Below are positions 39,487 through 53,170 of a stretch of DNA of 64,000 bases, in pieces. Source of the DNA: Laetmonice hystrix (taxonomy: Eukaryota); NCBI GenBank assembly GCA_965235115.1, contig OZ249436.1, forward strand, positions 36,210,001-36,274,000, written 5' to 3'. The notes below the pieces were generated by a model. That model saw only the letters and a list, made by a program, of their open reading frames with translations. It had not been told where the DNA came from and did no database searches. Numbering within the stretch: the stretch's first letter is position 1; every line of letters starts with the position of its first letter. Made by a program: the position numbers and the translations under genes.

Positions 39487-39688
39487 GTGCATGTTCAAAA
39501 TGCAAAGTGAGGTGGCGAGTCGCCTTGATTTCTCGCCGACTAAAGCAACATCTCTCGAGGATTCGTACCGTCATGCAGGCACAAATGATGAGACATCGTA
39601 CCAAATCAAACTGCTCAAAGCTGCCGACAAAAGGGCTGATGGTCCCGAGGAACTAACGAATGCTGAGCGGTCCCACTTCAGGATGTGA
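39487..39688 (+). CDS. Probable GPCR terminal exon 5 (C-tail extension)
   Basis: TGTTCTCCGCAG| acceptor; joined to the phase-2 donor at 39164 it reads K-CMFKMQSEVAS...SHFRM* without a stop. Confidence 0.6.
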
Positions 39689-40066
39689 AGGCTGCGACCT
39701 GGGTAGAATGTTCACATTTCCAAGCCATTGCTTGGACAGAATCCGATGTGGCATTGCAAGGGGCACAGTAAACCCTCTACAGCGATTCCCCATAATTACA
39801 TGCGACATCGCTTTATGTTGAAAAACAATCAATATATTCGACGATCCTGATTGAAAAGGCTAAAAAGTATCTGAGGATGCACAGCCGTCGACTGAAATAA
39901 AGCACATAATAACTATCACTTTCTTCATAATTATTTTTACTGGTTAACTCTAGGTTCCAGGAGCATACACCGTTCCTGATTGTATAAATAAGGTATAATC
40001 CGGATATGAGCCGGGCATATCCTACTTAGTTTGCCGCTCCTTATTATAAGATGAATTTTGGGTGCT

Positions 40067-40351
40067 GCGGACGGATCCTGGTCCAAGCGAACGGATCCCG
40101 GTCCAAGCGGACGGATCCCGTTCCAAGCGGACGGATCCCGGTCCAAGGGGACGAATCCCGGTCCAAGCGAACGGATCCCGTTCCAAGCGGACGGATCCCG
40201 GTCCAAGGGGACGGATCCCGTTCCAAGCGGACGGATCCCGGTCCAAGGGGACGAATCCCGGTCCAAGCGAACGGATCCTGTTCCAAGCGAACGCATCCTG
40301 TTCCAAGCGGACGAATCCCGGTCCAAGGGGACGAGTCCCGGTCCAAGGGGA
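40067..40351. repeat. 20-bp minisatellite, ~14 copies
   Basis: Unit ACGGATCCCGGTCCAAGCGG with variants. Confidence 0.95.
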
Positions 40352-42229
40352 TGAGAGATACGGAGCCATGCACACTTCATCTCACCGATTATCCAATATT
40401 CCTGGCCTATATTTAGCTTGAGGAAAATATTGAATGTCTACCCGGACAGATACATTGTTACATTCACGGAGAAAATAGTATTCCAGCGGCAATCCAACCA
40501 CTGATTGGGCATTAGCAAATTGCGTTTGACGTGCGTCGCCTTGAAAACAGGATTACACGTAATCCGACAAGCCTCCGTCCGTATACAATTCAAAGGACTA
40601 ATGAATTTCAGGAATACAATTTGAACATTTGGATATTGTATCGAGGCTCGAAATTGACCCTTTTAGAGTAGTTATTCCTCCATTACGGGTGCTCCTCCGA
40701 CGAATGGATATTCCTGGCACATTGTATATGGCACATTTTTTCTACGCGTACTTTGTAATCAACCACGCCTGTTCCCCCAGAGGTTTTCGTGCCACGTTGC
40801 CATGCCCTGGACGCTTGAGTTTTCGGTGGCATGAGTAGAACTTTTTCTTTCGCATGCCGAATTCGCCACGGGTAGCTTGCCAGATTCGGCGGGGGGGGGG
40901 GGGGGGGGCACCCGACCCGGCCCCCCCACCTTTTTCTAAACTCTTGCCTTCTATGTTTCATGCGTAAAAATAATGGAATTTCGTTGAAAGATTTGGGAGA
41001 AATTTCTACTTACATGTTCGGAAAACACGTCCCCGACGTTCCTGAAAATAAAATTCATGGGGAGGGCCCCAGACCCCCCCCCCCTCCGAAAATGGGCCAC
41101 TGATTATCCACCAGAAGATGCGCCCCCCCCCTTCTGAATTCCTGGATGCGCCACAGGGTTGACTATGCTCTGTCGTAGTTTACCTATTTAATGGGCCATC
41201 ACCTGCAACAGCATTCGGGAATCCTCGGCCATATCTTCGAAAGTAGCCTCGGGTGAAACAGGTGCCATTTTGAGCATTGCATCTCGGGTACATTTAGCCG
41301 GGACTCTCGACAGCATGGCAGTGCTTGCAGTATTTTGTCTGCATCAGGCATGGAAGCAACTAAAATAGGCCTACAATGCTTTCCCCGAAGTCAGTGGGCA
41401 ATATTACAATAGTATCATGTCATGATACAACTTAAATTACAACATGATTACAAGTAGTCCTACCATGTGTCGGGCCAGTGTCGTACGCGTGTCGTATATG
41501 GGCGCGGCCATATTGCTTCCCAGAATTTAATAAATTACCGTATTGACGCCCATTTAGGTAAATTGGGTGATTCATTTTTCTTCTTCAAACGTTCCCCTTC
41601 ATACCAGAAATTTATATTTGCACATACAACGCCGAAGGAGCGGGTGTCAATAATGCACTACTTCCTGGCTCGATGGGATATGACGGTTCACTCAGTGCCT
41701 CGCTACACACCTCCATTTGGCGGTGTATCTGGTTGCCAAACATGGCCGCTATTCCACCCGAGGGTATATTCGAATAGCAGGAAGTGACGTCATATGCCCG
41801 AGGGAGTCCCGAATGCTGCAACAGGAAGGGGCGGTGGGATGGGGGTGTCACCTGTCACATGGGAAAATATAATCCTTCTCCGACCACGCAAGAAACTCAT
41901 TTAACATCCGACATGGGCGGCATTTTAGGGGTTCTCTGTCACCTCTGAAACGCCCTTGTAATTGGTTATACGCCCCGTGTTTGGCCCGAGTTTCCAGCTA
42001 ACCCGAGAGAAATGTGATATAATATCAGAGGTGATTCCACATGGACCAATGAAATCAGGCGGCTGGCAGTATTGCGTGCACTCGCGTTTATCTCCTGCAT
42101 GGTGCCATTATTGTGACATTTAAGTGAAAGATTTTGTTTCAGATACTGTGATTGCAGCAACCCCCAGCTGTAGAATTAGTTCAGGTCTCAGAACAAATAC
42201 AGGTCTGCATTATAAAGGCCTACTGTTAA

Positions 42230-42539
42230 AGGGAGCCGTAAAATTCATTTTTTCAATTTATGGCAGTCTTAGAAACATATGATTCGCATACTTTGGACTC
42301 CCAGTAACATCATGTGAGACTGTTATGGCCCAGCGACCAGTATTTAGTAAGGAAAATATGCCAAATCTCTCGCAAATACGTAGCTCAGAATTAGCGAGCG
42401 GCCCACAGGATATTTGAGTTGGCCGCGGTCGGGCGATGATGACGCGTGATCACGTGACTTCCGGGTGTACATGCGGTATTTAGGTCAACGCTAGACTAGA
42501 GAGAGATTCCCTTCCACACCCGGAATTTTACGGCTCCCT
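42230..42539. mobile_element. Kolobok-like MITE
   Basis: TTAA|AGGGAGCCGTAAAATTC ... GAATTTTACGGCTCCCT|TTAA. Confidence 0.85.
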
Positions 42540-45485
42540 TTAACTGCATGGTGAAAGGTAACCTAAGTAAAATCTGAATGGCCATTAAGGAAAACTATAA
42601 AGGGCAGAAATGAAATGTATGTCTTGTGCAAACGTTCTCAGATGCAGGTAGCATGTCAAAGAGGACAACAGCTAAACCTCGCCTCTTGTCGTAACCGTGA
42701 AACCGAGGTGCCAAAATCCACCACTCACATGCATGCAAAGACTGCGTTAATTGGTCTCGCCTTACGTGACTTCCGGTCAAAGGTCTGACGTATTCTCCTT
42801 GCCTCCTCCTTCATGAAAGATTTCGTCAAGGCAGTGGAGGTTATAGAGAGCCAGGGTATAGCCCTTTTGAAGCCAATTAATATTCTCTCACTTATTTCCC
42901 TGGTAAACCTGCCTATCCCTAATCCTAGTTGCAGCCCTCCAAGCTTCCATTATGTAAACATTCGAAGGGGGGGGGGGTCAGTGTTACTCAATGAAAAAAT
43001 TGTTTTGTGTTTAGGCCTATATTAAATTAGAGACCATTAAGACCGCACGACGTCATCTCTAAAAGAAACAAAACCAGAAACGTCCTGATCTGAGTGATGA
43101 ACGAAATTCTGGTATTTGCACTATTTTAAAGAAACATCGATATTTCAACATCTAATGAAGACAAGACTCTTTCAAAATACACGTTTGGTGAACGTGCCAA
43201 TGCATGTGGGTGGCTGAGCCTCACTGAGGTGCATGCGATTTCTACTGAATGTATAGCCATATAAATGTGTTGAAGCGCACATAACGTCCCGCCTCCAGGT
43301 TACTGGTATGATTCTAAATGATCTCTTTTTACACTGACGTCCTATAGCGTTGTTATATAGTTTCCGGGGTTTTCGGGGTGAGGGTTATCGGGGGGGGGGG
43401 GGGGGGGCAGCCCCCATAACTCCCTTGATTCGCCACTTTACATAATAGGCCCCTAAAATACACTCGCTGACTTAACATATCCCCACGCCTACCTGCTCTT
43501 TCTGATATAGTTTTGAACACATGGCCTGCCTCACTCGTCGCGTGTCTTGACGGCTCAGTCAGTCCTTGTTGGAATCCCCCTGAAAACCCGATGTCAGTTA
43601 GCCAGCGGATATGTCACACACCCATGGACGAGGTAAGGTTTCTTCTCTTCAGGCTCGATGATTGGAGCAGTAATCTGGCGCCGTCCTCCAGATGGAGATA
43701 GATGAGTCGGGCAAGGATGCACACGATGCTTTGGATAATCCGCCCTTAAAAACAGGTTCGAAAATTCGAGCCTATTCACACAGATCATCGAAGATTTGTG
43801 TATCTATTTTCAGCTTGAGATTGCATTTCATGTAAGAATACAAATATCTTTTGTTTCTACATTTATTCACGTAATATTTATTTACGTAATATCCCGGGAG
43901 GATTCGTCTCCGATTCTCGGGAGGGATTAATATTACACCCGTTGGCGTTTGTTATTCTAACCGACCTGCTCTCGGAAATGATTCATGGTAAGAATTTGGC
44001 ATGCAGTGACGTGTGAATGAATTGAAATTGTGTTTCAGTCGGGCGGATTAAGAATACCTCGTTCATAAATCTCTGACCTATCAATGATATTTGGCAAGCG
44101 CGAAACAAGTTTTCCACGATTTGATATAACTTTAACATTAAAATTTCAGTTATTTTTGAATGGTTTATTCTGCGGTACCTTGAGATTTTTAAAGCATGGC
44201 ACATTGACACAACAAACGTAGACTTTCTCACGAAAATGCCCCTTAGCATATGCTTTTGCCTTGCCTAGTTTTCCGATACACAAATATGTCTCTTCAGAGC
44301 ACTGACAATACAGTGTGGAGGACACTAGCTGACTTTATATACGGTTTAACACGCGAAATTCCAAATTGATTTCAGCATCGACTGTCGCTTCGCAAACTAG
44401 CGCGGCGAGCTGTCGGTCTCGGCCTAGCTCTGCCGTACCCGTGGGAAAGTTGTTTCTCCCACTGTCTGGATTGAATGCTTTGACCACAACAACTTTACTC
44501 GGGATGACCCTGGCTAACCAGAAATGCAAGCTAATTTTTATGAATGGCGCCTCAGACTTAGTTTGGTTCCCTACCCCTAGGTGGCTACGCACAAATAGGG
44601 TTAGGTACTGGCCACCATCTTGGCTCTGGATTCCTGGCACTTTCGAAGATATGGCCGAGGATTCCCGAATGGTGCCATATCAGCCGTACCCTTGCCCGCA
44701 CCGCAGCCGGACCGCAGCCGGACTGCAGCCGCGTTAATGGAAACTTAGCTTCATGTTACGATTCGAGCACAGCTGCAGATGAGCCGCATGAGGGATCCCC
44801 TTGATCCCTAGGGGGTTCCCACCAATTTCGTGCGTGTTCGTCACGCAAAAAAATGGATGACGCCTCGCGTGGTCAGCAAGCAAGATCTCGAAAAACTTCA
44901 TGGCAGATTATATTTGATCTCCTTCTCCTCATCTCTGCAATAGCTGCAGCGAGTCGAGAACTTCCAGGCCGTTCGTTTCCATCAACTGATGAGGGACTCT
45001 GTTGTGGTTCTAGAGATCAGCAAGTCCGTACTTTTCATTCTCGAGTGAATACCCCAAGGACGAAGACGGCGTGTGCATGCATACTCAATAGGAACATGAC
45101 AGATTCCTGCGTCTGCTACAATCTGCTGTGTTCTTTTCCCTACCGTCTACTGTGTAGCCTATATAATTATGTCACGCGACATCGGTCGATCCGACCGTGG
45201 TGGGCGACCAGTTGGTCGTTCCACCCTTGTGTCGGACCCATCGACCCGATGGGTTATGTATCTGTCGTGTTCAGTGCTAGATCTTCCAGTTCCTAAAACA
45301 TAGGCAATTCTCGCACAACGACATCGTTAAACGGCTCTATAGGTCCCTTAATCCGACAACCCAATAGTCCGGCAGCCTACTTAAATTTGGCCTCAGACCC
45401 AATCATAGGCGCCGGAACCGGGGAGGGGGGAGGGGGCAGGGTGGCCTGTTGCCCCCCAGCTCATAAGCTGGGGGGGGGCAAGCAT

Positions 45486-45948
45486 ATATTGTTTGCATGA
45501 AAACAACATTTCTTTGCGTGCAAACAATTATTGTTTGTCCGCAAACTAACTTTTCCTTTCTGCATGAAAGGTTCTCACAAACATAGGCCTACACAACCCC
45601 CCCCCCCCGCACCCCACCCCCCGCCAAGCTGGATCCACCCATGTAATAGACCTCTTACAAAATCTCTTTGCACGCAAACAATTATTGTTTGCGCACTATT
45701 ATTGTTTGCGCAAACAATTATTGTTCGCATGCAAACAATTTTGCATGCAAACAATATTCTTTGTGCGCGAACAATTATTGGTTGCATGAAAACAACATGC
45801 GCGCAAACAATTATTGCATGCAAACAATATTCTTTGCGCGCAAACAATTGTTTGCATGCAAACAATATTTCTTTGCGCGTAAACAATTATTGTTTGTGCG
45901 CAAACTAATTTTTCTCCGCCAAGCCGGATCCACCCCTGTAATAGACCT
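45486..45948. repeat. Array of palindromic GCAAACAATTATTGTTTGC units, partly duplicated
   Basis: Repeated GCAAACAA/TTGTTTGC; the end segment CCGCCAAGCYGGATCCACCCMTGTAATAGACCT occurs at 45621 and 45916. Confidence 0.85.
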
Positions 45949-46199
45949 ATACAGTCTATTGCCACGTTCTGATATGTAGTCGAGATGCCACGTGGTAAAA
46001 CGTTGAGTGAGGAAGTGATAAAAACAATTAGTGGAAATCATTATGGAGTGCCCGCCTTTTAATAGTTTCCTTTATAATATGATACCACTGCCAGACTGTG
46101 ATGAAGGTCACATGGAAGCCCAGGTAAAGCAGCTTATTATAGACCCCCTATATAGGCCTATAGCGCGGAACTTTCAGCTCAACTCTGTGATCTGGAAGT

Positions 46200-46442
46200 T
46201 CCGCTTGGCAGAGCTTCACGCCTGCGCATGCGCAGAGCTCTTAAGTGGAACATTTGGGCTCACAGCACCGGCCGTGCTGTATACATATCGAACATCGATT
46301 GCAAGACGCTCTGTGTAGGTCCTGCACGTGAAGCGGGTCGTGCACGTTTACACTGGTGATGCTGAGTCCCTCTGCTTCAGAAAAATAGGCCGAGGGCGTG
46401 GGCCTAAATCGAAGATGTTCACGGATACGGTGTACACTACAG
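46200..46442 (+). promoter_or_regulatory. Putative promoter and non-coding first exon of the SLC46-like gene
   Basis: CpG-rich patch; perfect NRF1-type palindrome TGCGCATGCGCA at 46223-46234; CAG|GTACGT donor at 46442; the coding exon has an acceptor (TTTTCAG at 49422) just before its ATG. Confidence 0.45.
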
Positions 46443-48129
46443 GTACGTGGGGTTGTGCCCAAAACCTGTATGGAGGGGTCGTGCCCGCGTTCTGAACGGG
46501 AGCTCAGGCCGAGATTTCTATATGTATAAAACTGTGTCCCTATATGGTTATATAAGAGACATATGCCTATGTATCACACCTGTAGGGGCTACCTCCATAA
46601 TACTGGTTAGGCCTATTCTGGATTCGGCTTATTGAGAGAAATATAGTCTGCATAATCTGCCAGAAAGCGGCTGCCATCACCATAGTAGGCATAGAACTGT
46701 ACGTAGTGATTCCACTATACAGTTCTGCATATAACACTAACCGCATAGGAAAACCAGCTGCTGCATGCACGCAGGCCCAGCAGTGCAGACGTTGCACTCA
46801 ACCCTCAAGGCAAGGTCTTGGCCAAGGCTACTAAACGTCGTCCTGTCCCTCCAAAAACAAATCCCAGAGGCTTCGAAAAATACCTTTATTAGGAAGAGTA
46901 TAAGAAATAATAGGCCAACACTACATATATAGGCCTACGGTATGGAATGGGGAAGGGAGAGTGCAATGGCACGACATTATAATCTAGGTCATCCGGTCAC
47001 CTCAGGTCAGATTATATGCAAGTCAGGGCCTACACTATACAGTACACATTGCACCAAAATGCCTGCTGTTACCAGTTTCGGGATGCATTTTATAATGTTT
47101 TGTGGAAATGAGTGACGCATGTTGTAGTAGATGTCTTTTGTATGTAGCTAGTCCTACACGGTTGACAACTCACAAACCACCTGGTCCACTGGATGGCCCG
47201 CCGGGCCGGCCGACTTGTCTTTGGTTGGCCTATATGGTTGACGGTGGAAAGAAAATCAAGAATGCATCGATGTATCTTTAAAGATATATACTTGTCACAT
47301 ATGTTAACGTAGAGATAAATACAGTATATTCGAATAAATAAAATCATGTATTCGAGATTTTTTATTTTATTTTACGACCAATCATAATGGTAAAAATCCC
47401 AAATCGACGGGCGAGTGGATCACGCCCCATGCCTTGTCTGGTTTCGCATGTGTTTTAATATCGCGAATTACAAACGTGTGTGGACAGAATTAGACCTGTT
47501 TTGTGACACAAAACGTAGGCCTAATATTTGATATTTTGAGGCAAACATTCTAATCTAAAGACTGCAATCTTTATACCAGCATCTATAAGAGTCTAATCTC
47601 CAATCCCGATAGTCCCCACATAGCCTTAGAGTAGCCAACATTTAGAAGCAAAAAAAAAAAGGAAAAGTAGGCTATGTATGGAATACTAGTATTATTTTTG
47701 AATGGAGGTCAACCGTACAATCATGTAGACCTATGTTTCTGGGTATCTGATTAATTCATGAAGGTTCAAACCACCTCGCATTCAAACATCACCAAGCTAT
47801 TTTCTGACTATACGAAGAAATCCCTCGTAAATATTGAGTCGATAGCTAATTTCTGCTTGAGACGTCAGCAAAAATGATAATGTTACTTTCAAAAAACACC
47901 TTCATGTACACACCTCGAGACGGAGAAACAATGTGCAATGATCATTCCGGTCACAAGCCATGGATGCCGTGGAAGACAGCCTGCAGCAAACGACACTTGT
48001 AAAACATTGCCCTCCAGCGCCTGTGGTAATATAACATGCGCGCGTGATACTGTCCATTGAATTGGAGATGTGGTCACCCAACTATATTCTCATTCTTACT
48101 CGTATTTTCTCTGCATGTATCCTCGTCTA

Positions 48130-48707
48130 TGGGATGCCTTTGGTACTTTTATTCAGCATTTACAGATATCTTCAAATATTTGAAGATATCTTCAATTAAT
48201 TTGAAGATATCTTCAATTAATTTAAAGATATCTTTAAATATTTAAAGATATCTGCAAATATTTACAGATATATAATGATATCTTCAAATGAATTGAAGAT
48301 ATCCTCAAATGATTTAAAGATATCCTCAAATGATTTGAAGATATCTTCACTTCTTTTAGGGATATCTGCAAAACAATTAAAGCTATACATTTAAAGTGAT
48401 GTTCGCACATAACCTTAATTCTATTCAAGATATCTTAAAAAGAATTACAGATATCTTCAATTGAATTACAGATATCCACAATTCATTTACAGATATCTAC
48501 AATTCATTTACAGATATCTTCAAATCATTTGAAGATATCTGTATCTAGATGCTTATTTCCAGATAGGTGTAAATGAATTATGGATATCTTCAAATGAATT
48601 GTGGATATCTTCAAATGAATTGAAGATATCTTCAAATGAATTGAAGATATCTTCAAATATTTTGAAGATATCTGTAAATGCCGAATAAAAGTACCAATAG
48701 CATCCCA
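48130..48707. mobile_element. Foldback-type TIR element built of GAAGATATCTTC repeats
   Basis: TGGGATGC...GGTACTTTTATTC ... GAATAAAAGTACC...GCATCCCA; ~21-bp internal GATATC repeats. Confidence 0.85.
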
Positions 48708-49436
48708 TGCATACTCGTCCGCATGGTGTCTCTACGTGTTGATATGGAAAACGGACTTTGTAGAATGACAACTTGATGCACAGATGAATTACCATTACAG
48801 ATATTTGCATTTCCTAAAGATTTTAAATGAATGAAAATCTATTCATCGTATAGGCCCCCCCTACCAGAGTTTTGTGATATTATTTATATTAACCTTTGAA
48901 TAAAAGAGAATTTATATAAAAAGCTTAGAGAATACTAGCACATGATTTGCCAAAGTTATAAAAAGTTGAGAAATATAGACCTGAAAGTGGTTGTCTCACG
49001 AATTTCAAGTCATACGTAGCGTTTCCCCAGAAAGTATGTCTGCATTGGGGGTCTCCAATATGATCCAAAGCTCCCGTACCTTTCGATGTAAACCTGGCGG
49101 TTATTATGTAAAATACGTTCAAAAAGTCGCCAAATCTTATTTCAGTCACTGAAAATGAGCTACTTGGCTTCCGAGACTGCGGTAGTTGTTTTTTATATCC
49201 CTATGTACACTGCTATGCAAATTATTTGTACTAACGAAAATAGATTTCGAATCTACACCACAACACATCATTCAATCGATTGGGCGACATGCCAAAACGT
49301 CGGCATGCATTCATCGTGTTAGCGTGCACTGTTGATTCTGTTGATTAGTGTCAAGCTGTTACCCCATGGCAAAACCTACGGAATCTTGTCATTGCCTAGG
49401 GTCTGTATTGTTCTGTTTTCAGCGGGCGGCAGCGCC

Positions 49437-50391
49437 ATGCAGTACGTCACCTCCCTCGTGGAGGACGGACCGGCCGACTGGGATAACGCGATTTCCAAGT
49501 CTCCACAGGAAAGAGAGCTTGATGAAGTTGACATTGGTGATGACGTGGCCACCGTAACTACGCCGTGGAAACCCAAACTGGTCACCATTGAACCTGTGTT
49601 GATTCTCTTCGGCATTGCTGCATCTTTGATGGATTTGACATCAAAACCTCTCATCTACCACAAAGTGTGCTATGAACACTTTCCCCAGAACATCTGCGAG
49701 AATCTACATAATAAAACATATGAAGAGGAGGAGAAAGAGGTGCAGGGCTCAGTGTCACATTGGCTTCTTTATACTCAGGTTCTTTACTACGTGCCTTCGT
49801 TTGTGTTAACATTTACCGTCTTTGGAAATTTTAGCGATAAAGTAAGTCGACGTGCCGCCATCGCTATACCAGCAGTTGGACATCTGCTGCAAGCTCTTAC
49901 GTTACTTTTTACGGCGGTTTTTATAGAAAGTCACGTTGGTTACATCCTGATTGGGGCACTGCTCAGTGGCCTATCAGGTGGCTGGGTGTCGATATTTATG
50001 GCTATGTTCAGTTACCTTGGAGAGGCTTCCTCCCCAGGGCGTCGTACCTTCAGGGTTTCCGTTGCCGAGGGCGTCGCTAGCGTCTCCGGTGTCGTTGCTC
50101 TGCTCGGCGGTGGCGCCCTATTGGACCACACAAATTACCTCACGGTGTTTTCCATTGTCTGTGGACTATTCCTTCTCTGCCCTATCTATGTTTACGCGTA
50201 CATGCTGGAGCCACCAAGACGTGCCAGCAGTGTGCCTCGGACGAGCGTCGGCCAAGGAGATTCCTGCTTCCGTTTATGGATGAGTTTGAGGGAATCTTTT
50301 ATGTGCGTCCTTCGTAAAAGACCACGAAATGGGAGGGCTCATCTTCTGGTGGCATTTTCAGTCGTGTTCACCGCTACTGCTGTGATATTAC
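49437..50391 (+). CDS. SLC46/proton-coupled folate transporter-like MFS protein, coding exon 1
   Basis: GCCATG; VTIEPV, YHKVC...C, FSDKVSRR (MFS motif A-like), GLSGG, FSYLGE..S...RTFR; C|GTAGGT donor, phase 1. Confidence 0.9.
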
Positions 50392-50656
50392 GTAGGTTTC
50401 ACAGTATATATTGACCCACTTTATACTCCAGAAATGTTATTAGGATATTTTTGTGCCAAACATTGCTTGATGTGAACTCACCTTAGATAGGCCTATGGGC
50501 CAACACACATATTAATATATATCACAATTGTTTAACATGTATATCTTTCCTGAGAATAAGATAAAAGCCTGCCGATATGGGAACATTGTAGGATAGCAAT
50601 ACTTGTGGGATTTAGTTAAAACTTTATTGTTCCCTTAACATTTTACATTAAACCAG

Positions 50657-50902
50657 ATATATATGCCGCCATTGGATACCTCTTCCTCCGACGACAGCCC
50701 CTCAGCTGGTCACAGACCCTCTACGGAGTTTTCTCCGCCGTCCTTGAAGGGTCGTCGGCTTTGGGGTTTCTCCTCATCATCCCACTTATGAAGACATATC
50801 TCCACACTTCAGACACAGCCTTAATGATCATAGGGCTTTTATCGTCGATCGTATCCGCTGGATACTTCGGCTTTTGTACCAAGACATGGATGGTTTTTAT
50901 AG
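50657..50902 (+). CDS. SLC46-like exon 2
   Basis: CCAG| acceptor; (H)IYAAIGYLFLRRQPLSWSQTLYG...SDTALMIIG...TWMVFI; G|GTAGGG donor. Confidence 0.85.
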
Positions 50903-51064
50903 GTAGGGATTTCTGATATAATTTTCTTTAAATAATGTCTACGTGGCATTGATAATTTTTGATAATTTTAATTATAAAATAATCCAACGATAGGCTATCA
51001 ATACAATGTATCGCGAAGGATATCTTCCTAGACCGGCCTTATATAAATTTTATTTGTGTTTCAG

Positions 51065-51145
51065 TACCAGTTTTAAACCTGTTGAACGGGGGTTTATGGG
51101 CAATAAGGTCATTTGTCTCACAGTTGGTGGAGTCCGATGAGCAAG
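51065..51145 (+). CDS. SLC46-like exon 3
   Basis: TTTCAG| acceptor; VPVLNLLNGGLWAIRSFVSQLVESDEQ(G), matching the SLC46 RS..S..V...EQG motif; G|GTACGT donor. Confidence 0.85.
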
Positions 51146-51193
51146 GTACGTTATTATAACCACTTACATCCCAAAGTATTATATTTTAGTTAA

Positions 51194-51445
51194 AGCAATC
51201 AGCGAGTATCTCTCATTTCAATTACTCCAAAATGAGACATGGGTTATTAGGTTGTTAGGTAAGATAAGGCCTTAGACTACATAAATCAATAAATGTATAC
51301 CCACAGAAATGGAGAAATCTAATGAAATTCAACATTCCAGTGGCCATGCAGTTGTCGCCATGAAGCGAACGACTCATGGCTGGTTGTTGACCTGGCATTG
51401 ACTTGAGATCCCATCAAAGATATTCGTATAACGATGCTGTAACTT
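51194..51445. mobile_element. Kolobok-like MITE family B, inverted partial copy in SLC46 intron 3
   Basis: TTAA|AGCAATCAGCGAGTATCTCTCATTTCAA; body is the reverse complement of ~29730-29888. Confidence 0.7.
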
Positions 51446-51528
51446 AATTTTTAAGAATTACTTTAAGGATTCTGGCCTCGGATATCAATTGTGTTAAGTC
51501 ACGATTATGTTGGTGTCTACTTGAGCAG

Positions 51529-51685
51529 GTCGAATGTTCGCCGTCTTTGGAACAGTTCAGGCGGCCAGTGGAATTGTTGCCCCAGTTATCTTCAACGGCA
51601 TATATCCACCTACTCTCAAATTCTGGCCAGGATTCTCGTTCTTGTTGGGAGCTATCCTAGCTTTCATACCACTCGCTATGTTATG
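51529..51685 (+). CDS. SLC46-like exon 4
   Basis: GCAG| acceptor; GRMFAVFGTVQ...IFNGIYPPTLKFWPGFSFL; TG|GTAAGT donor. Confidence 0.85.
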
Positions 51686-52037
51686 GTAAGTCGTAGTTTA
51701 GGGAATGTTAGTCAAAGGGGCTTTGCCGTTTGGCAGTTGGAAATGAGTCAACAATGGTGGCCATCGTTTATTTGTAGGCATATGTCGGAGAATAATCGTG
51801 AGATTTTTTAATTTCTGAATGGCGTTGAGCAATGTCATAAACTACCTGCATGGACTGTAAAAGTAATTTCTGAATCACGTGTTAATGTCATAAAGTGTGG
51901 TCTGAGCCGTGTCGGATTCGTACATTAAAATCATGACTTGTTACTACCACCCCACCCCCCCCTCCCCCCAGCCCGGTCAGAATACAGGGTGTGACGCACT
52001 CGCCAACCCTCAATTATTATGTTCTATCTTTAACCAG

Positions 52038-52105
52038 CTGGCTGCATTGGGACGTCAGGAGAACAGCGTCCTTTAAAGACCGATCGTCGGGCGCAGATGC
52101 CAGGG
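52038..52105 (+). CDS. SLC46-like exon 5
   Basis: CCAG| acceptor in phase 2; CWLHWDVRRTASFKDRSSGADAR; G|GTAGGT donor (read-through gives GRSSIKRIN*). Confidence 0.65.
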
Positions 52106-53170
52106 GTAGGTCTTCGATAAAGCGTATTAATTAATGATCATTTATTACAACTAACACACTATTAAACAAACAACTATTTCTGGTAACCCACTGACCGTAA
52201 CTGTAGGTCTCGACGCCAGGTGGCGGATCAATCAGTGTTATTTTCAGGCTGCATGTAGATACAACGTTTCACGACAGGTGGTTCACGACAGGCGGCAGTG
52301 CCAAAGCATGGTTTTCAAACCAGGTCTTCTTGCATGCATTCAAGCGATAGGTTAATAAAAATTGTTGATGAAAATATAGTCATATTGTCGGCCAACAGAC
52401 TCCGACGTTGTGCCTCTGGTGGATCCCTCTGCAGAGTTTGATGATGAATAGTTGGAGCCCGTAGGTGTTCTCTCTTCCTTCATGCCGGTTCGTATTCATA
52501 CCTCCGTATGATAGGGGCCATTCAAAAATCATTCTCTCCTTATATGTAGTTAAGGTAGTAATAGGGTCCAGGCATAGGCTACAGCCATCTTTAATGGTTA
52601 CACGTCATATTGGTGGTGATGGTATGGTGGTGGTGTACTACTTGTAGTGATGGTTGTAGCACATTGTGTTGCATAACATGGTACAAGGCTTGATATAGGC
52701 TAACCTTCCCGTCAGAAACGTTACATTAATTAGTGCAGTTCAACTCAATTTCGTTCAGTGTCATTCTTGAATGGCCCATCACCTTTAGCCTCCGGCATCG
52801 TTGTCGTATATATTGTCACGTAACCACTGTACCGGACACCTCTATATATCAAGTTCAGTTGCACCCAGATGAAAATATTCTCCTTTTCTTGCTTTAAAAA
52901 CTGTATCTGTTGTACGTGTATTTTGGCCTGGAGATTTAGACTCATTATTCTACGTACAACCATACCAGGTCAGTTCGCAGAATAAGAATTTAAGAACGCA
53001 TTCTAACTTGGCAATTGGGGGTTTAGGGTTTTCTCGCAGATGTTGCAGCTGTGTAGCACTGACTCTCACCCACCCAACACACCTATCATGGGCTATAAGT
53101 AAGTATAGAGTTTGGAGCAATGAAATGAAAAGTGAAGATTAAATTTTAAAATGTCGCCTTTTTATTTCAG

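Noticed and set aside
39937..40421. Six overlapping ORFs of 98-147 aa
   Set aside because: Artefact of a stop-free 20-bp tandem repeat
45531..46041. Cys/Asn-rich ORFs
   Set aside because: Translations of the palindromic repeat array on both strands
49332..49436. N-terminal extension of the 360-aa ORF
   Set aside because: Non-ATG start and runs through a splice acceptor at 49422; the first ATG is 49437
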